A stretch of 64,000 bases of DNA from Bigelowiella natans CCMP2755 (lineage: Eukaryota; Protista; Cercozoa). The translations under genes were made by a program, and so were the position numbers. The notes beneath the pieces were generated by a model, which was not told the origin of the DNA, ran no database searches, and was given only the letters and a program-made list of their open reading frames with translations. The stretch's first letter is position 1, and each line of letters starts with the position of its first letter. Of the stretch, positions 50,942-64,000 are shown in pieces. The stretch is from assembly GCA_000320545.1 (NCBI GenBank), contig ADNK01002375.1:5914-69913 (forward strand). Direction: 5' to 3'.

Positions 50942-51943
50942 CAGAATAGCCAGAAAAGCCATTGTGTCGATCCTGTATGCTAGCAATTTGCAACATGATC
51001 ACGCATAGCCGCAGCTGGAAAATGCAGGTTCTGCAACGACGATACTACCATGCTAGCATGCTAGCATGTCCATGACTGCTAGAGCCGTAAAATGGAATGC
51101 TAGAATGCCTAAAAAGCACTCCAAGAAAATGCTCAGTTATACCGATGATTTTGACATATTTACTATGCTAAGCTGGTCGCGCCATCTGTATATCTGCATA
51201 TGCGCACGCTAGCACGGCGGTGCGCTGGCATAACCTTTGCAAAGCGTCTCTCCTCACGATGCATGCTAGCTATTTAGTATGCGCGGCATTCTAGTAGACT
51301 CTAGCAGGACTGTCTAGATTGTTGGTTTGGCGCGCAACAGCCATTGCTAGATTGTAGCGTTTATTTAAGCGTTGTACATGCACATTTTTCTGGCTGCGCG
51401 CAGCTCTAGAGCTAGCTAGTAAACTAGTGTATCGCGTGTGCATGCACGCTGCCTACGCAGCCGCAGTGTACTACATTCGGCATGGAAATGCTGTGCATGT
51501 TCGTCCATCGTGTTGTCGGGTCGCTGGATGATCTGGTTATTGGATACTACAATAGCCGTCACAATTATATATCATATATATGTATGTCTATTGTATTGCA
51601 CTGTTTTCTACGTACGTACGTTCTTATCATTGTAGTTGTAGCTAGCAACATATTTATTCTTGTATGTAGCTTAAATAAATATCGAATTTCCACAATGCAT
51701 TGAACATATAGACGTTATTTGTTCTATATTATTCAGCAACTCTGTAAAATTTGTCCGTTTCCTTACAAAATGACACGTGGTTCGGCAAGATTAGTGCTAT
51801 TCGCGTGTGAATGACGAGCATGCACGGCGGTGTGCCCCATAGATGTGCACATCTATCGATGCCATCTCTGCACCTAACACTTCTCGAATTTGACCTCATC
51901 GATTTTAGACAAATCGATGTCGTCGTCTGCCTCATCACGATTC

Positions 51944-52253
51944 TCATTGAGCATTGAGAAGTCCCGTCACCGCACCATGAGGGGCCGGCCTCTCATCGTC
52001 TTCAACTACGAGGACCAGAATCTCAGGCTGTAGTTTTCTTCTGAACGCAAACCTAAGATATGTTATGATTAGGAGCTGCACGACGTGACTAGGGGCACAC
52101 ACGCAGCAGGTTATCGTTCGTTGTAGAGCTGCTATGTGAGTACCTGTCCGGCGGACGATTTGAGGGAAATCCAACCTTGAGCCTTGGTGAGGAGGGAAGG
52201 GTCCACGTCCTAGTGTTTGTAGTGGTGTTTTGCATATGTCATCAGCGTTGAGA

Positions 52254-52305
<52 letters not shown>

Positions 52306-52780
52306 CTCTTTCCTTTTATTCTTCTCCCCCCCCCCCCCCTCTCTCTCGTCGTGCTGCTACATACAAACAAACATGTAAATACATAGATACTTACCGCGCT
52401 TACTACACCACGCCAATCAGCAGGAAGAGAACGTGAATCCGCTGTTTTAATCTGATATAGCAACGGCATTGCGTGCATGTGTCGTCATCATCGGCGCATG
52501 TCTCATAGAGGCAATAGCAGTAGCAGCAGCATTTTGGTAATGCGGCAGAAATCACACGGCTTCCTCCTCCTCCCCCTCCCCTCTCCTTTCTTTGATGTTT
52601 GATGTCGGTATTTTAAGATAGTAGTAATGCTTACTGATATTACAGTTAACGGGCTCACGGAGGTTACTCTGGCACTGATAAGTTTCTTGATTTCTTCACA
52701 GTTGAATCTGATGAGAATAGCGGATGGTGATTATTGTACTACTACATATTATGGAGGCAGCAGTATAAACGAGAATGGAT

Positions 52781-52848
<68 letters not shown>

Positions 52849-53994
52849 TACCAATGGCAAAAGATCACCATCATCATCGTCATCATCACATCTCACAACT
52901 GTGAGCATTCCAGCCACACCACGCACAAAAAGATGGTGTATGCAGCTGTACGAAGTGATGAGTTGGGGTACTTACAGAACGCGCTCTCCCACTTCCCAGC
53001 CCTTTGCAGGCTCTACGAAGCCACGAATAGCCTTTGATTCTGGATCCATTTCTACCTTCTTCACGTGCACTAGGTCCTCTTTCTCAAGCGTAACGATTTT
53101 ATCGCTTTGCACACTGACGCCTGTGGGTTGTTATTTGTATCAGCAGCTGCTCGTTAGGGGGGGGGGGGGGGGGGGCAATGACGGTAGTGAAGTTGTTGTT
53201 GTTGTCGTTGTCGTTGATGATGATGGTAGATGATTGCGGTGAACGCCCTTTCTCTCCTCCTCTTTCTGTTCTTTCTTTATTTTTTTGGGGTGGCAGCAAA
53301 TCGCAGTTGAGGCTGAGATCTAAATGGATAAAAGTACAACACAACTGCTACTGTTACTGGTTGCTACTGCTGCTACTACCTGCTCGCATGTTGGTGCGGA
53401 CCGTCATGTAGTACCATCCCTCATCAAACTCCGACACCGCTAGCGTTAATGTCACCATCTTCGGGAAGGCTTTGAGGTGAGTGAATGCCTGAGAGAAGAC
53501 GACGATTAAGAATGAGAAGAATGAGAAGAATAAGAAGAAATGAGGGGGGGGGCCAAAAGAACATACTGCCACCCAAAGCATGACGAGGAAAATCACAGAA
53601 CAAATATATGCATTTATCGTATCTCTCGTATTTCGGTTGTTTCCCAACTACTATTACTACTACTACCTACTACTACTACTACTACTACTACTACCAGCGT
53701 CCACAGGTTCTGGTCCTCCTTCTCAATCGTCTTTCCTTCAATCTGCGGGCATGTAGCAGGTATTATGCGGCAGCATCACAACGGCAAAGAAACATCATCA
53801 GGCTACATTGGTGCAAAACACGAATACGACTAGGACGTCTAGTAAATCGTGTGCGACAGACCTCCAGATGATAGTTCTTCGGCGTGGCCTGGCCTCTACC
53901 TTCCATCTTCTTCTCCATCTGTGAAGGAGGAACATGAGAGAAAAGGGTAAGCGCACTACAGTCAACATCAGCATCAACATTATATAATTCCATG

Positions 53995-54027
<33 letters not shown>

Positions 54028-54811
54028 CAGAAGTCGGTCAGTCAACCAGCCAACCAACCAACCAACAAGCCAGCCACCCACTCACCCCTGGCTTGAGCTC
54101 TGCTATCGTCCAGTTACTGAACGCTGCCATAGTCACGTACGATGACTGCAAGAGAGGAGGAGGAGGAGGAGGAGGAGGAGGAGGAGGGAAGAGGGCCAGA
54201 GCAAAACGAAGATAAAGAACCGTGAGAGGTACCGTGACACATCCAAACATGATTAACAACATCAACACCACCGCTGGTATCATTGTTATTGCATTCCCAA
54301 TCAATGTAATGCTACACCACTCACCACCACCACCACCACCACCAGCAAACTGATCAACTGCTGATTGTTATCGTCTAGACTCTCTCCGATATTACGTCAG
54401 GCAATGCGATTCGAACGACAACGCGAGACTCTTGTAAAGGAGGAATTTGCGCTTGCAGCGCATCCGCTACGGATCGACGTCGTCCATGAGTAACCGAGGC
54501 TCTGCATATTATCATTATTATTATTTTTTTTTTTTAGTATTTTAATCGTCATCAACATTCGTATAAATGAGAATGAACTGATGATGTGTGTCGATGATAT
54601 ATGACGCTGCCAAGCGCTGCAGAAACAGTAGCAGAAGAAAGTGTGCATGATGGTCATCATCATCAATCATCATCATCATCACCACGTTTTATGATATTTT
54701 CGCCGTCCTCATGGTTTCCCCCTTCTAACACGACGCCTCCTACCTACTACCTTCTATTGTTCTCCTTCACAGCGAAATCTACGACGTTGTTGAGGTTCAT
54801 CGATCTGATCG

Positions 54812-54848
<37 letters not shown>

Positions 54849-54927
54849 AATGACGGTGGTGTCTGTGCAGGAACACCTTGCAAGAGATAATGATGATGAT
54901 GTTTCAGGATGAATGGCGCACACACAC

Positions 54928-54983
<56 letters not shown>

Positions 54984-55029
54984 GGAGGGAGGGAGAGAGA
55001 GAGAGAGAAAGAAGGGGCGCGGGGGAATG

Positions 55030-55062
<33 letters not shown>

Positions 55063-55231
55063 GACATACTGCTGATTAAAGCTGATGGAGCTGAAGACTT
55101 CATTAAATTGCTTGTAGTGGAACTTCTTCAGTCCAAAGAACTTGCGGACCTGAGGAGGGGGAAGGGACACACAGAAAGACGAGAAGAACAACAAATCGAT
55201 CATAAACATAGAGCAAACATGATGAGGACAT

Positions 55232-55281
<50 letters not shown>

Positions 55282-56777
55282 GAGAGAAAGAAAGAGAGAG
55301 AAAGACGGATGGCAGCAGCTGTTCACTTCTTTTTCCCAGTACAAAAAGTGTCAAAATAATTTGTTCCGATTGCGTTATGAAATATCGTACGTTTGGATCC
55401 TTTTGCATAGCTTTGAACAAAGCCTGCTTCTCCACGTCGCCCTTCTCATTCTGGTACTTGCCGAATATGTTCTGGAAGCTCTCGAGGGTGTGGCGGAATG
55501 CAGCCGCATACTCGATGAAGGACTTGACCTTCATCAACCCGCCTTTTACCTTGTCCACCGTGGAGAACCTCTCCTGGAAAGTCTCGAAGTCAACTTGCTT
55601 CAGCTTGAGCTCCGTCCGCAGCTAAGTGATTGCTCTCATTAGTCACCATAAACGTACTTGTTTGACATCGCTAGCAGTCCTCTGGAACTGCTCACATTTG
55701 CATTCGGTCGCACACCACCGTCACACTCTCCACCAGCTATAGACGCTGGTTATGCACGAATGTGATGACCACTCTCCTCTCGCCGTTGTGAACCTCCTAT
55801 TATCACTTACATTAGTGTCATCAGTATCACCTTCGGATTCGTTTTGAGTTCATCGAAGATATGCTCCTTCTCGATGGTTCCCGTGTACGGAGTACCGACT
55901 CGGATGAGCAAGTCCTGGAACAGATTGAACATGCGAGCCTCTACCTCTACTTGCGGCAGAACCTCCTGAGGAAGGAAGGAGGCAGGGGGGTGGAGGGAAG
56001 GGAAGAGGGGGAGAAAGCGTTTCTGTTAGATTCATTGCATTTCGAGAAACAATCAGGATGGTCATACTAACGATTTTCGTTCGGAGAATCGTCGTTTGTT
56101 TAAACGCACTACCACTGCTGCTGCTGCTGCTGCTGCTACTACTACTTCTACTTCAGCCATAATGAGCACGCAACCGCCTTACCTTCATCGCGTTGGCAAA
56201 ATGAAGCGACCATGTGATTCCTTCCCACACAGAACCTTTCTGCTCCGCTGTTTGTGTGGTGAATTTGATAATAATTAGAATACCACGAGAAGAAGAAGAA
56301 GAAGAAGAAGAAGAAGAAGAAGAAAACAAATAATAATGTCATCTGTCACACACGCACACACGGGCTGAGAGCCAAACATCTTCAATCTATTCCGTACTCT
56401 TCACTAATATATTGAAAACTGCTTTCTATTCATATAAAAGAGCTGTCTCTATTCACACAGTCTTCGGTGATGGTAGTACTACCCAGCATAAACTCGTCTC
56501 CTTTCTTTGATTTTTCGACTTTATTGAAGTTATTAGCGACTAGGTTGGCCGCAAGCCACCCCTGTGCTTGATTCTGATCCTTTTGGTCGGAGTAGCGGCA
56601 CGCTCTCTTCAGCGAGACTAGGCGCCATTTCGAAGTCTTTGGGAACTTGAGGATTCTGTCGTAGTACTTGATCATCACGGTCAGGAGCTCTTCTCTGAGC
56701 TTCTCAGGCATGAGTCCTGGAAGGCTGGTAGAGTGTCTGGTGTACATAGAGGATGGATAATGGTGAGATATATGTAT

Positions 56778-56819
<42 letters not shown>

Positions 56820-57334
56820 TATTAATCAAGCAAGATTATTGCAACAATCGCGACAGTAATAATTGGCTATGTACTGGCAGAGAACAGAACAATACTCTCG
56901 AAGCTGGTATTCATGACACAGAGTCAAGATGCGAAAATCTTGACAGGTCAAAATGTCGGCAAAACTCAACTCAACGCAATCAATCAATCAATCTATCTAT
57001 CTATCTATCATCGGCGGTTTCACTGTCCTCCTCTTCCTCTCTATTATCAATAATACGATATTAACTGTTCAAATGCTCTCGCTCCCTTAGAAGCTAAGAC
57101 ACTTGGTGCTTTTCTGCCGTATATATCGTTCGTCAGATAACACAACACAACGCAATACAAACATCACAACCGCGACACAACCAAACCGACGAAAAACCAC
57201 AGAAAATACTCCCCGCAAGCAACAGCTCGCAGCCATATGTGCTCATGTACGTATAAAGTGTCGCTTAAAGGTGCTGCTGTCGATGATGTCGGACTCACTC
57301 AGATGCCTCCCATTCGACACTATTTCCCAATCAT

Positions 57335-57365
<31 letters not shown>

Positions 57366-58015
57366 AGCAGCATCGCAGAGAGACATCGTAGCGCAACACA
57401 GGATTGACATATGCATTGAAATCAGTGTTCCATTATGCAAACCACCACCACCACCACCACCACAACCCCATGATCCATCAGTCATTTCCAAGAGGCAAGG
57501 GGAAGCAACAGCAAGCGATCAACCAAATCATCATATTCACCAACGAAAACAACAGCAGGCCATATCTAGTCGATTTGAAGATACCACTGCTACCACTCAA
57601 TACAACCCCCCCCCCCCCCCCCCTTTTCTCTCTGATTGCAAAGAGGAAGAAGAAGAAGAATCAGAAGAATGATCACACCTGAATTCATTGCCCCCTATGA
57701 AGACAACGAGAGGGTATTGGTAGCTGCCGAGGAAGTTCCTTAGAGTATCGAAGCCCTTCCTAGTGATGCTGCAAGACTGCAGGTAGAGGCGATTTAGAAA
57801 TGGCGCCACCTTTGCGTCGGTATCATCTTGAGCTTGCTGCAGGCCAAAGCAGAGGTGTTCCACCCCCTGGTCTCCGATGGGGTTGCCGCAGAGCCAAAGC
57901 TCTTCGATCGTAATGACTTGCGTGATGAGGTCGGTGATGGAGGGAACGGCTTCAGGGCCGACGTAGTTGCAGGTTAGATTAAGGCTGATTAGGTTCTCCT
58001 CCTCCTAATGAGATG

Positions 58016-58050
<35 letters not shown>

Positions 58051-59456
58051 ATGATGATGACGATGATGATGGCGTGTGATTAGAAGATCATTGCTGCTGG
58101 CTGCTAACGATGATGCTGATGATGAAATGAATATGAGATTGGAGAGGTCAGAATCCTGCTCGTATCATTTGCATTGTCCACATGTCAAAAATTTCGTGGT
58201 CGCTGGCCCATAGTCGCAATAACCAGGCGACAAAACGCTTGCACGCCTACCCGTAGCTTCTGCTTTTGCTTCTATGAGATCGTCATCGTCATCATCATTG
58301 CATCCATGATGATGATGATGATGATTCATGATGATGATGATGATGATGATGATGATCCCCAACGCCCAAACGAAAGCAACGACAAAAGATAGGCCCAACC
58401 CCAAATTGTTGATGTGTTGTGCCAATTTGCATAGGAAATGTGTTAGCAGTAGAGAAATATCGGAATGCTTTGTCGAGAGTGAGCGATTAATGCGAGTCAA
58501 TAATAACATGATACGTACTGCGCTATTGGCTGCAGCATCATATCGATATTGTAATGCTTTCTCGAATGTACGATAAGCGCCCTCAGATGCCATGTGACGA
58601 CACAACGACATCGTGTTTTTTCGTGTACTGTATGTTTGTAAATGTGTGGAGATGTGGAGAATGTGGGAGAAGGAAACAAAGGCCGCTGTACTCTTCTATG
58701 TGATTTATCAAAAAATACCTTTCTGGAGGACGAGGAAAAGAACCCCCCTTTCTTCACAGGTTCAGTGCTTTTCGGTTCCAACTTTATGCCACTGCAAGAT
58801 GCATTTAATGCACGCAAGGACAGAGGAGGAAGGAGAGGGGGGGGGAGGGGGCCAGAAGAAAGATGGATAGACCGAGGAAGGGGGGGGGGGCAAGAATCAA
58901 GAAAATGAAGATCATCACAGAAGGCTTTCCAGTAATGTGATCCATTTGGAACAGCCAACCATTGATTATTATCACTCAATATGGGCAAACGGATGGTGAC
59001 GATGATGATGACGATGATGATGATGATACTGCTGCACATACTCCATGATGCTAAGCTTGCGGTTGCGGAACCCCCCCCCTGCCCCAGTCTCAGATAAAAC
59101 ACTTTCTACAGCTAAGCTATCCCGGCTAGGCGAACAATGATTGTCATGAAAGTGGGGGGGGGGTTGGTAATTATCAATTGCATCATGTTGTCACCCGCCC
59201 ATCCATAGGCACAACCAATCCCAATCAATCGAATCACAACGCATCGTATGCATATGCACGTCATCATTCAAAAGGCCAAGGAAGAAGCAAGCAGCAAGAA
59301 TATCCAAATGAAAACAATTTTCTTAGTCGCCGTACGCACGCACAGAAGTAACACTGCCATCTATCATGGCGAGTAAGCAACCATTAAGTGTAATACCAGC
59401 AGCCAGTATCACAAATACTACTTATACTGCTGCTACTTGATTACTACACTGCAGTT

Positions 59457-59509
<53 letters not shown>

Positions 59510-62500
59510 CCCTGCAAGCTGAGATAGAATCTTCGGCTTGTAGTGGCCGATAAGCACTTTGCAAAGCTCAGTGGTGATGCTGGTGGTGATCGAGCCATAG
59601 GACAGATCAAGAAAGCCGTCGCTTTTCTTCACCGCCGAAATCCATGACTGGAACGATAGCTTGAGCCTTTCCGTATGAATTCTATCATTCACGAAGTCCC
59701 ATATCCACTCACTCCATTTTTGCGGTTGAACCCCCTGATCATCCACGAGAAGGAGGAGGAAGAAGAGGAAGAAGATGCACAACACACCCACACACACGCG
59801 CACACAGGTAACGACGATGACGACAGCCAGCACAGCCATTAACACAATACAACGGCAGAGATCGGATGCTAGATTGATGATGACCGATGAGAATGAACGA
59901 TGGTGTTTACGATGACGATAAATACAGACAACAGCACCTCTCCTTCTGCAGTCTCGAATAGTGTCATTGGTGGAAAGTCGCGCCACGTAAGCCCAACCTA
60001 GAGTAGTAGTAGTTGTTGTAAGAAGCAGAGTCATCATGAATGCAATCAGCTCATCAAGCTAATAAGGCGACAACAAATCAAGCAACCACGCAACAGAAAA
60101 GATCTCGAGGAGGTCTATTAATGCCTCCGGAAAAGAAGAGATCACAGCCAAGCATCATCATGTTACTGCTGTCCTACCCCCCCCTCCCTCCCCCTATCAC
60201 GCACCTCCTCCAGCATGCCAGTCTGGCTGTACTTTCTCAGCAGAGTCACGAGCATGGACACGAATGGTTTGGACTTTCTGATGAAGTCCTGTAGCTCTTG
60301 CTGGTTTCTCTCTACCTCAGTGCTGGATCGTTTCTCCTTGATGCTCCGCAATCTTTCTAAGTCCTTCTCGGCCTTCTCGATTGATTCGGCCCTGTGGCTA
60401 TGGTTTCTGTCGGAGAGCAGGCCCTCACCCTCTGCCTGCTTGATTGACTGCAAAGCCCTCTCCACAGCCTTGGGGTCGGCATTGGCAGGGGATTGTATGT
60501 TGATAACCTTGCTCTCGGCCTTGTCTTGCGGTGTAGTGGGAGCTTGCTTTGCTTCACTCGTTTTCTTTTCTCCGAAGCTAATCTTGACTTTTGAGTCCGA
60601 TTCGGTAGACGGCGCGGCAGCAGCACTACTAGCAGCGGTTGCTGCTGCTGCTGCTGCCGCTGCTTGTTCCGCAGCTTTCTGTTTCTCAGCGTCGGCCTTT
60701 TGTTTCTCCAGCTCAGCGGCTTTCTGCGCTGCTGCAGCCTTTCTCGCCGCCTCTGCTGCCTCTTCGGCCTCCTTTTCCTGTGATGCTCGTAAAGCTGCCG
60801 CGGCGGCAGCAGCAGCAGCCTCGTCAGCTTTTTGTTTCTCCGCTGCGGCTTTGCGTGCCGCTGCCTCGGCCTTGAGACGTGCCGCCTCCTCCTTTTCCTT
60901 CTTCTTACGTGCGGCCTCTGCGGCCTTTCGCTCTGCTGCTGCCTTCTCGCGCTTCCTCTGGATGAATCCCGGATTGAGAAGCTCCTGACGGCGGTCCTCT
61001 GACATGTTGGTGAGTACACCGCCTTCTGTGAGGAATTTCATGCTCTTCACAGGCTTGCCTTTGGCCTCAGACAGCTCGAACGCGACGGTGGGCAGCGCTT
61101 CTGTGTACTGTTTGCTGACAAGACACAGGTTGAGAATGGTATCGAGAGCCGCCAGCGGGTCTCGCAGGAGGTAGAGATCGTCCACTTTGGCGACGTGGCT
61201 CTTCTTCACCCCAAGCTGCTTGCACCCGTACAGGAAGTCCTGGATGTTGTTTTTGGCGGCGGAGGAGGCAGTAGTCGCGTTCTCGTGGCATGTGGTAGGA
61301 CAGCCCAGCACCACAAGCGCATTGCAGAGCGACACTCCTGTCGCCGCAGCTATGAGGAAGTCCATGCCCTGTGCCACCTCAGAATGCGAGACGGTGCCGA
61401 CCCACTTCGCAGCTTGGTTGCAGACTGCGATCAAGACCTCTTTCTTCTCAGCAGGCATGGCTTGAACGGAGGCGACGGCACTCTTGAAGGCATTGCTCTT
61501 GGCCTCTCTGGCTGCTTTCACCTTCGCTTTGGCTTCGACGGCCCTGGCTAGAGCCTGGATCGAGTACACAGCGGTGCGTGTCTTGCGTTGTATGTCAAGG
61601 AAGCGCCAGCGAGCGATAGCCTTCACGACAGCCATGGAGCGCACAATCTTCTTCTGCACAAGGTGCTTCTTGATGCCCGCAACGATTTCGTCCGATAAGT
61701 CGTTTTTGGGATTGAGGAGCGACGTGATGAAGTCCTGCTGGTCGCTCTTGAAGAACGCCTTCGTCAACCCCAGCACAAACTGTGAGCGGCTGAACTTATA
61801 CGCGATGATAAGCGCCTCCACGAAGTCGCGCTCGTTGAGGTCGGCGGGGGGGTTCTTCAGCACCTTGGAGTATTTCGAGTAAATGAGTTTATAACCCACG
61901 CGAGTAGGGTACCCATCCTTAATGATCTTGAGGGCTTGGATGAGGCCGCCAGCCTCTAGCTGGCCGGTGACAAGGTTGTCGTCCCACATGTTGGCCTTCT
62001 TTCCCATGTTAGGCTTAATGCACCGAACAAAGAACGGTCGGGTGGACTCCAGCGCCTTCATGAGCTGCCGAAGTTGCTTCGCAAAGCTTGCCCCAATGCT
62101 GAGGGCCTTCCTTCTCGCCTTCCCACGGCCTCCTCCTTTCCTGCCTCCTCCCTTGGGCGAGGCTTGCTGCTGCTGGCTCTTCTCCCCCTGCATAATCTTG
62201 TAGGCGGTCTCCAACCCGGTGTCGGCGAACAGGTTGACGGTATCTTCGTGGGTGCTGTCCAGGTTCTTCTGCAGGAACTCCCTGGCGTCATAGCACACGT
62301 CGCGAGCGTAGTGCCTGATCGTGAAACCATTGATCCGCACCTTGGAGCGGCCCTTTGTCCCTGGCAGCGTCCTGACCTGCTTGATGCTGGGATGGCCGAA
62401 GTAGTTTTTGAACAGGATTTGGGTGAAGGTGTCGTCGGTGGCTTTGGGCGTGTTGCAAGCCGTATCGAGGACGGCGAAGAGGCCGCTACCCTTTTTCATG

Positions 62501-64000
62501 ATCATATCGAGGCATTTCTGGTTGTCTGGGACGTTGACAGCTTGCCAGTAAATAGCCTCCCTCTCGTACTCTTCCTGCTCGCTCCTGATTACGCTGACGT
62601 TGAAGAACTGCTGCAGCCGCTCGTTGGCTAGGTTGATACAAAGCTGCTCGAAGGAGTTGTAGGCGAAGCACTCGAATCCGAACACATCCAGGATGCCGAT
62701 CCACATCAGATTGTCGGAATTTCCCACGTACATGACCTTGTTGATCGTGGCCACGACCCAGTCAAACATCTTGGAGAACAGTGCCTTGCACATGGAGTCG
62801 CGGTTAACCTTGGAGGTTTCCTCGTTGTATGGCTTTGAAATCACCTGGCCGCCAATCTTCAGCGTTCGGTAGCACATGCACTTTTCGAGCGCCTCCTTCG
62901 AGACCCCCAGCAGCTCAGCGGCCTTGTCCATAGAAGCTTTGGTGGATTCGTCGATGTGGCAAATCTCCTTGTTGTCCAGGGTGAACTTAACGTTGCTCAT
63001 GTGCAGAATGGCGGCGGTGATGTTGAGGATCCCATCGATATCCGAGTCAGAGAATCCCGCCAAGGTCAGGGAGCTCATAAATTCGTCGAATCGATCCTTA
63101 TCAGGAATTCCTTCCACAGTGTCACACCCGGATTGGCTAGTGTACCAAAAGGATCTGCACCCCCCCTCTAGCCCTAGCTTTTCCTTTCTCTTTTCGTCCA
63201 CTCCGGATATCAGCTGGTAGAAGATGTGGTAGTTTCTTTCTCCTATGGTCTGAAAATTTACCCTGCGTGGTCGCAGACAGAGAAAGAGGGTTGTGTGTGG
63301 GGGGCGGGGGGATGGGCATAGGAAATTAAGAACTGACACGTCATCGATGTTTACAATTATCAAACATTCGCAATCGTTTGTGTTGATTCCTCCGACTCTA
63401 TCGTCGTTCCTCCCCCAACCCACCGTGATTTCTCCAGAAGAAATGTTTCTATCATGGATCCCACGATATGCACTCCGTTCTCCTCGTTTTCGTCGAATAG
63501 GAGCTTGGTAAACTAAGGTGATGTGAGTAGCGATGCAAAACGGGGTCGGTGTAGTAGTAAGGGGGGGGGGGGGGGATGGGGGAGTATCACGGAGTATCCG
63601 TAGTTTGGAGAACGCAACGATTCTTTTCAGTGTCAAATGGAAGGGTCGGAATGCATTGCTAGATAATGAAAGGCAAGAAAATAAGGCAAATGCCAGGGGA
63701 CCTCTCCCTGCCAAAAAGAAAAAGCAACCTTTCCGAAGCGGACTGGAGTTGTTGTTTTAGTAACTGTGCTTTCCCATTCCCAAAGGCCTTCTAAAATTCG
63801 GGGTTCCCAACAAGAATTTTTCAAAAACTTTTCCCTCTTCAATATCCCTCCTGAAAAATCATAATAAGTGTACCACCCCCCCCCGTAACTTGAGCACCCA
63901 TTCCTTTCTTTTTTTGAATTAAGTTTGAGAAGGAGACAGAGTCACTTCCACTACCTACCACTGCGTGCGTACTACTCCTACTCCACAGTTAAACTTTTGG
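51944..64000 (-). CDS. Unconventional myosin heavy chain (5' part outside window): motor - IQ-like - CH - Ala/Glu/Lys helix - LRR - ubiquitin/RA-like tail
   Basis: Motor motifs ERNYHIFYQL, IGILDVFGFE, NSFEQLCINLANERLQQFF, FTIRHYA and PFFVRCIKPN lie in exon 60205-63262. Tail exons run down to the stop at 51944 (manual splicing). Confidence 0.9.

Noticed and set aside
52230-59500. ORFs with poly-RE/SL/YI/M/H tracts
   Set aside because: Translations of intronic microsatellites.
60215-63220. Long plus-strand ORFs antisense to myosin
   Set aside because: Shadow ORFs of a GC3-rich coding strand.
1-64000. tRNA, rRNA or other ncRNA genes
   Set aside because: None recognised by eye. tRNAscan-SE or Infernal would be needed to exclude them.

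Overview
Intron-rich eukaryotic (protist) nuclear DNA. Short GT-AG introns, microsatellite-filled introns and a bipartite signal+transit leader are compatible with a secondary-plastid alga such as a chlorarachniophyte (inference, not verified). By hand-splicing I reconstructed about 16 protein genes: NAP/SET, an unknown gene, GINS4/SLD5, an unknown K/S-rich gene, an FHA-TDP1-HAD fusion, a GH43-like secreted protein, PSMB7, a Rieske protein, CFAP410, DUF4326, an ABCB7/ATM1-like transporter, a thioredoxin-like protein, an HTH+RanBP2 zinc-finger protein, an ARID+CW protein, a PTPS-SDR fusion and a large unconventional myosin. There is also a degenerate ankyrin gene. Highlights: (1) two repeat-containing zones (~340-2560, ~18065-19060) are almost free of TpA, and ankyrin codons show TpA->TpG/CpA changes, a candidate 'inverse-RIP' hypermutation system; (2) gene orientation alternates almost strictly, and every tail-to-tail spacer has a CTAG/TGCA/CATG-rich signature; (3) there are two pathway-logical fusions, FHA-TDP1-3'-phosphatase-like and PTPS-III-SDR; (4) the myosin has a CH/LRR/ubiquitin-like tail. 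Exon boundaries are manual and approximate, and no database searches were run.
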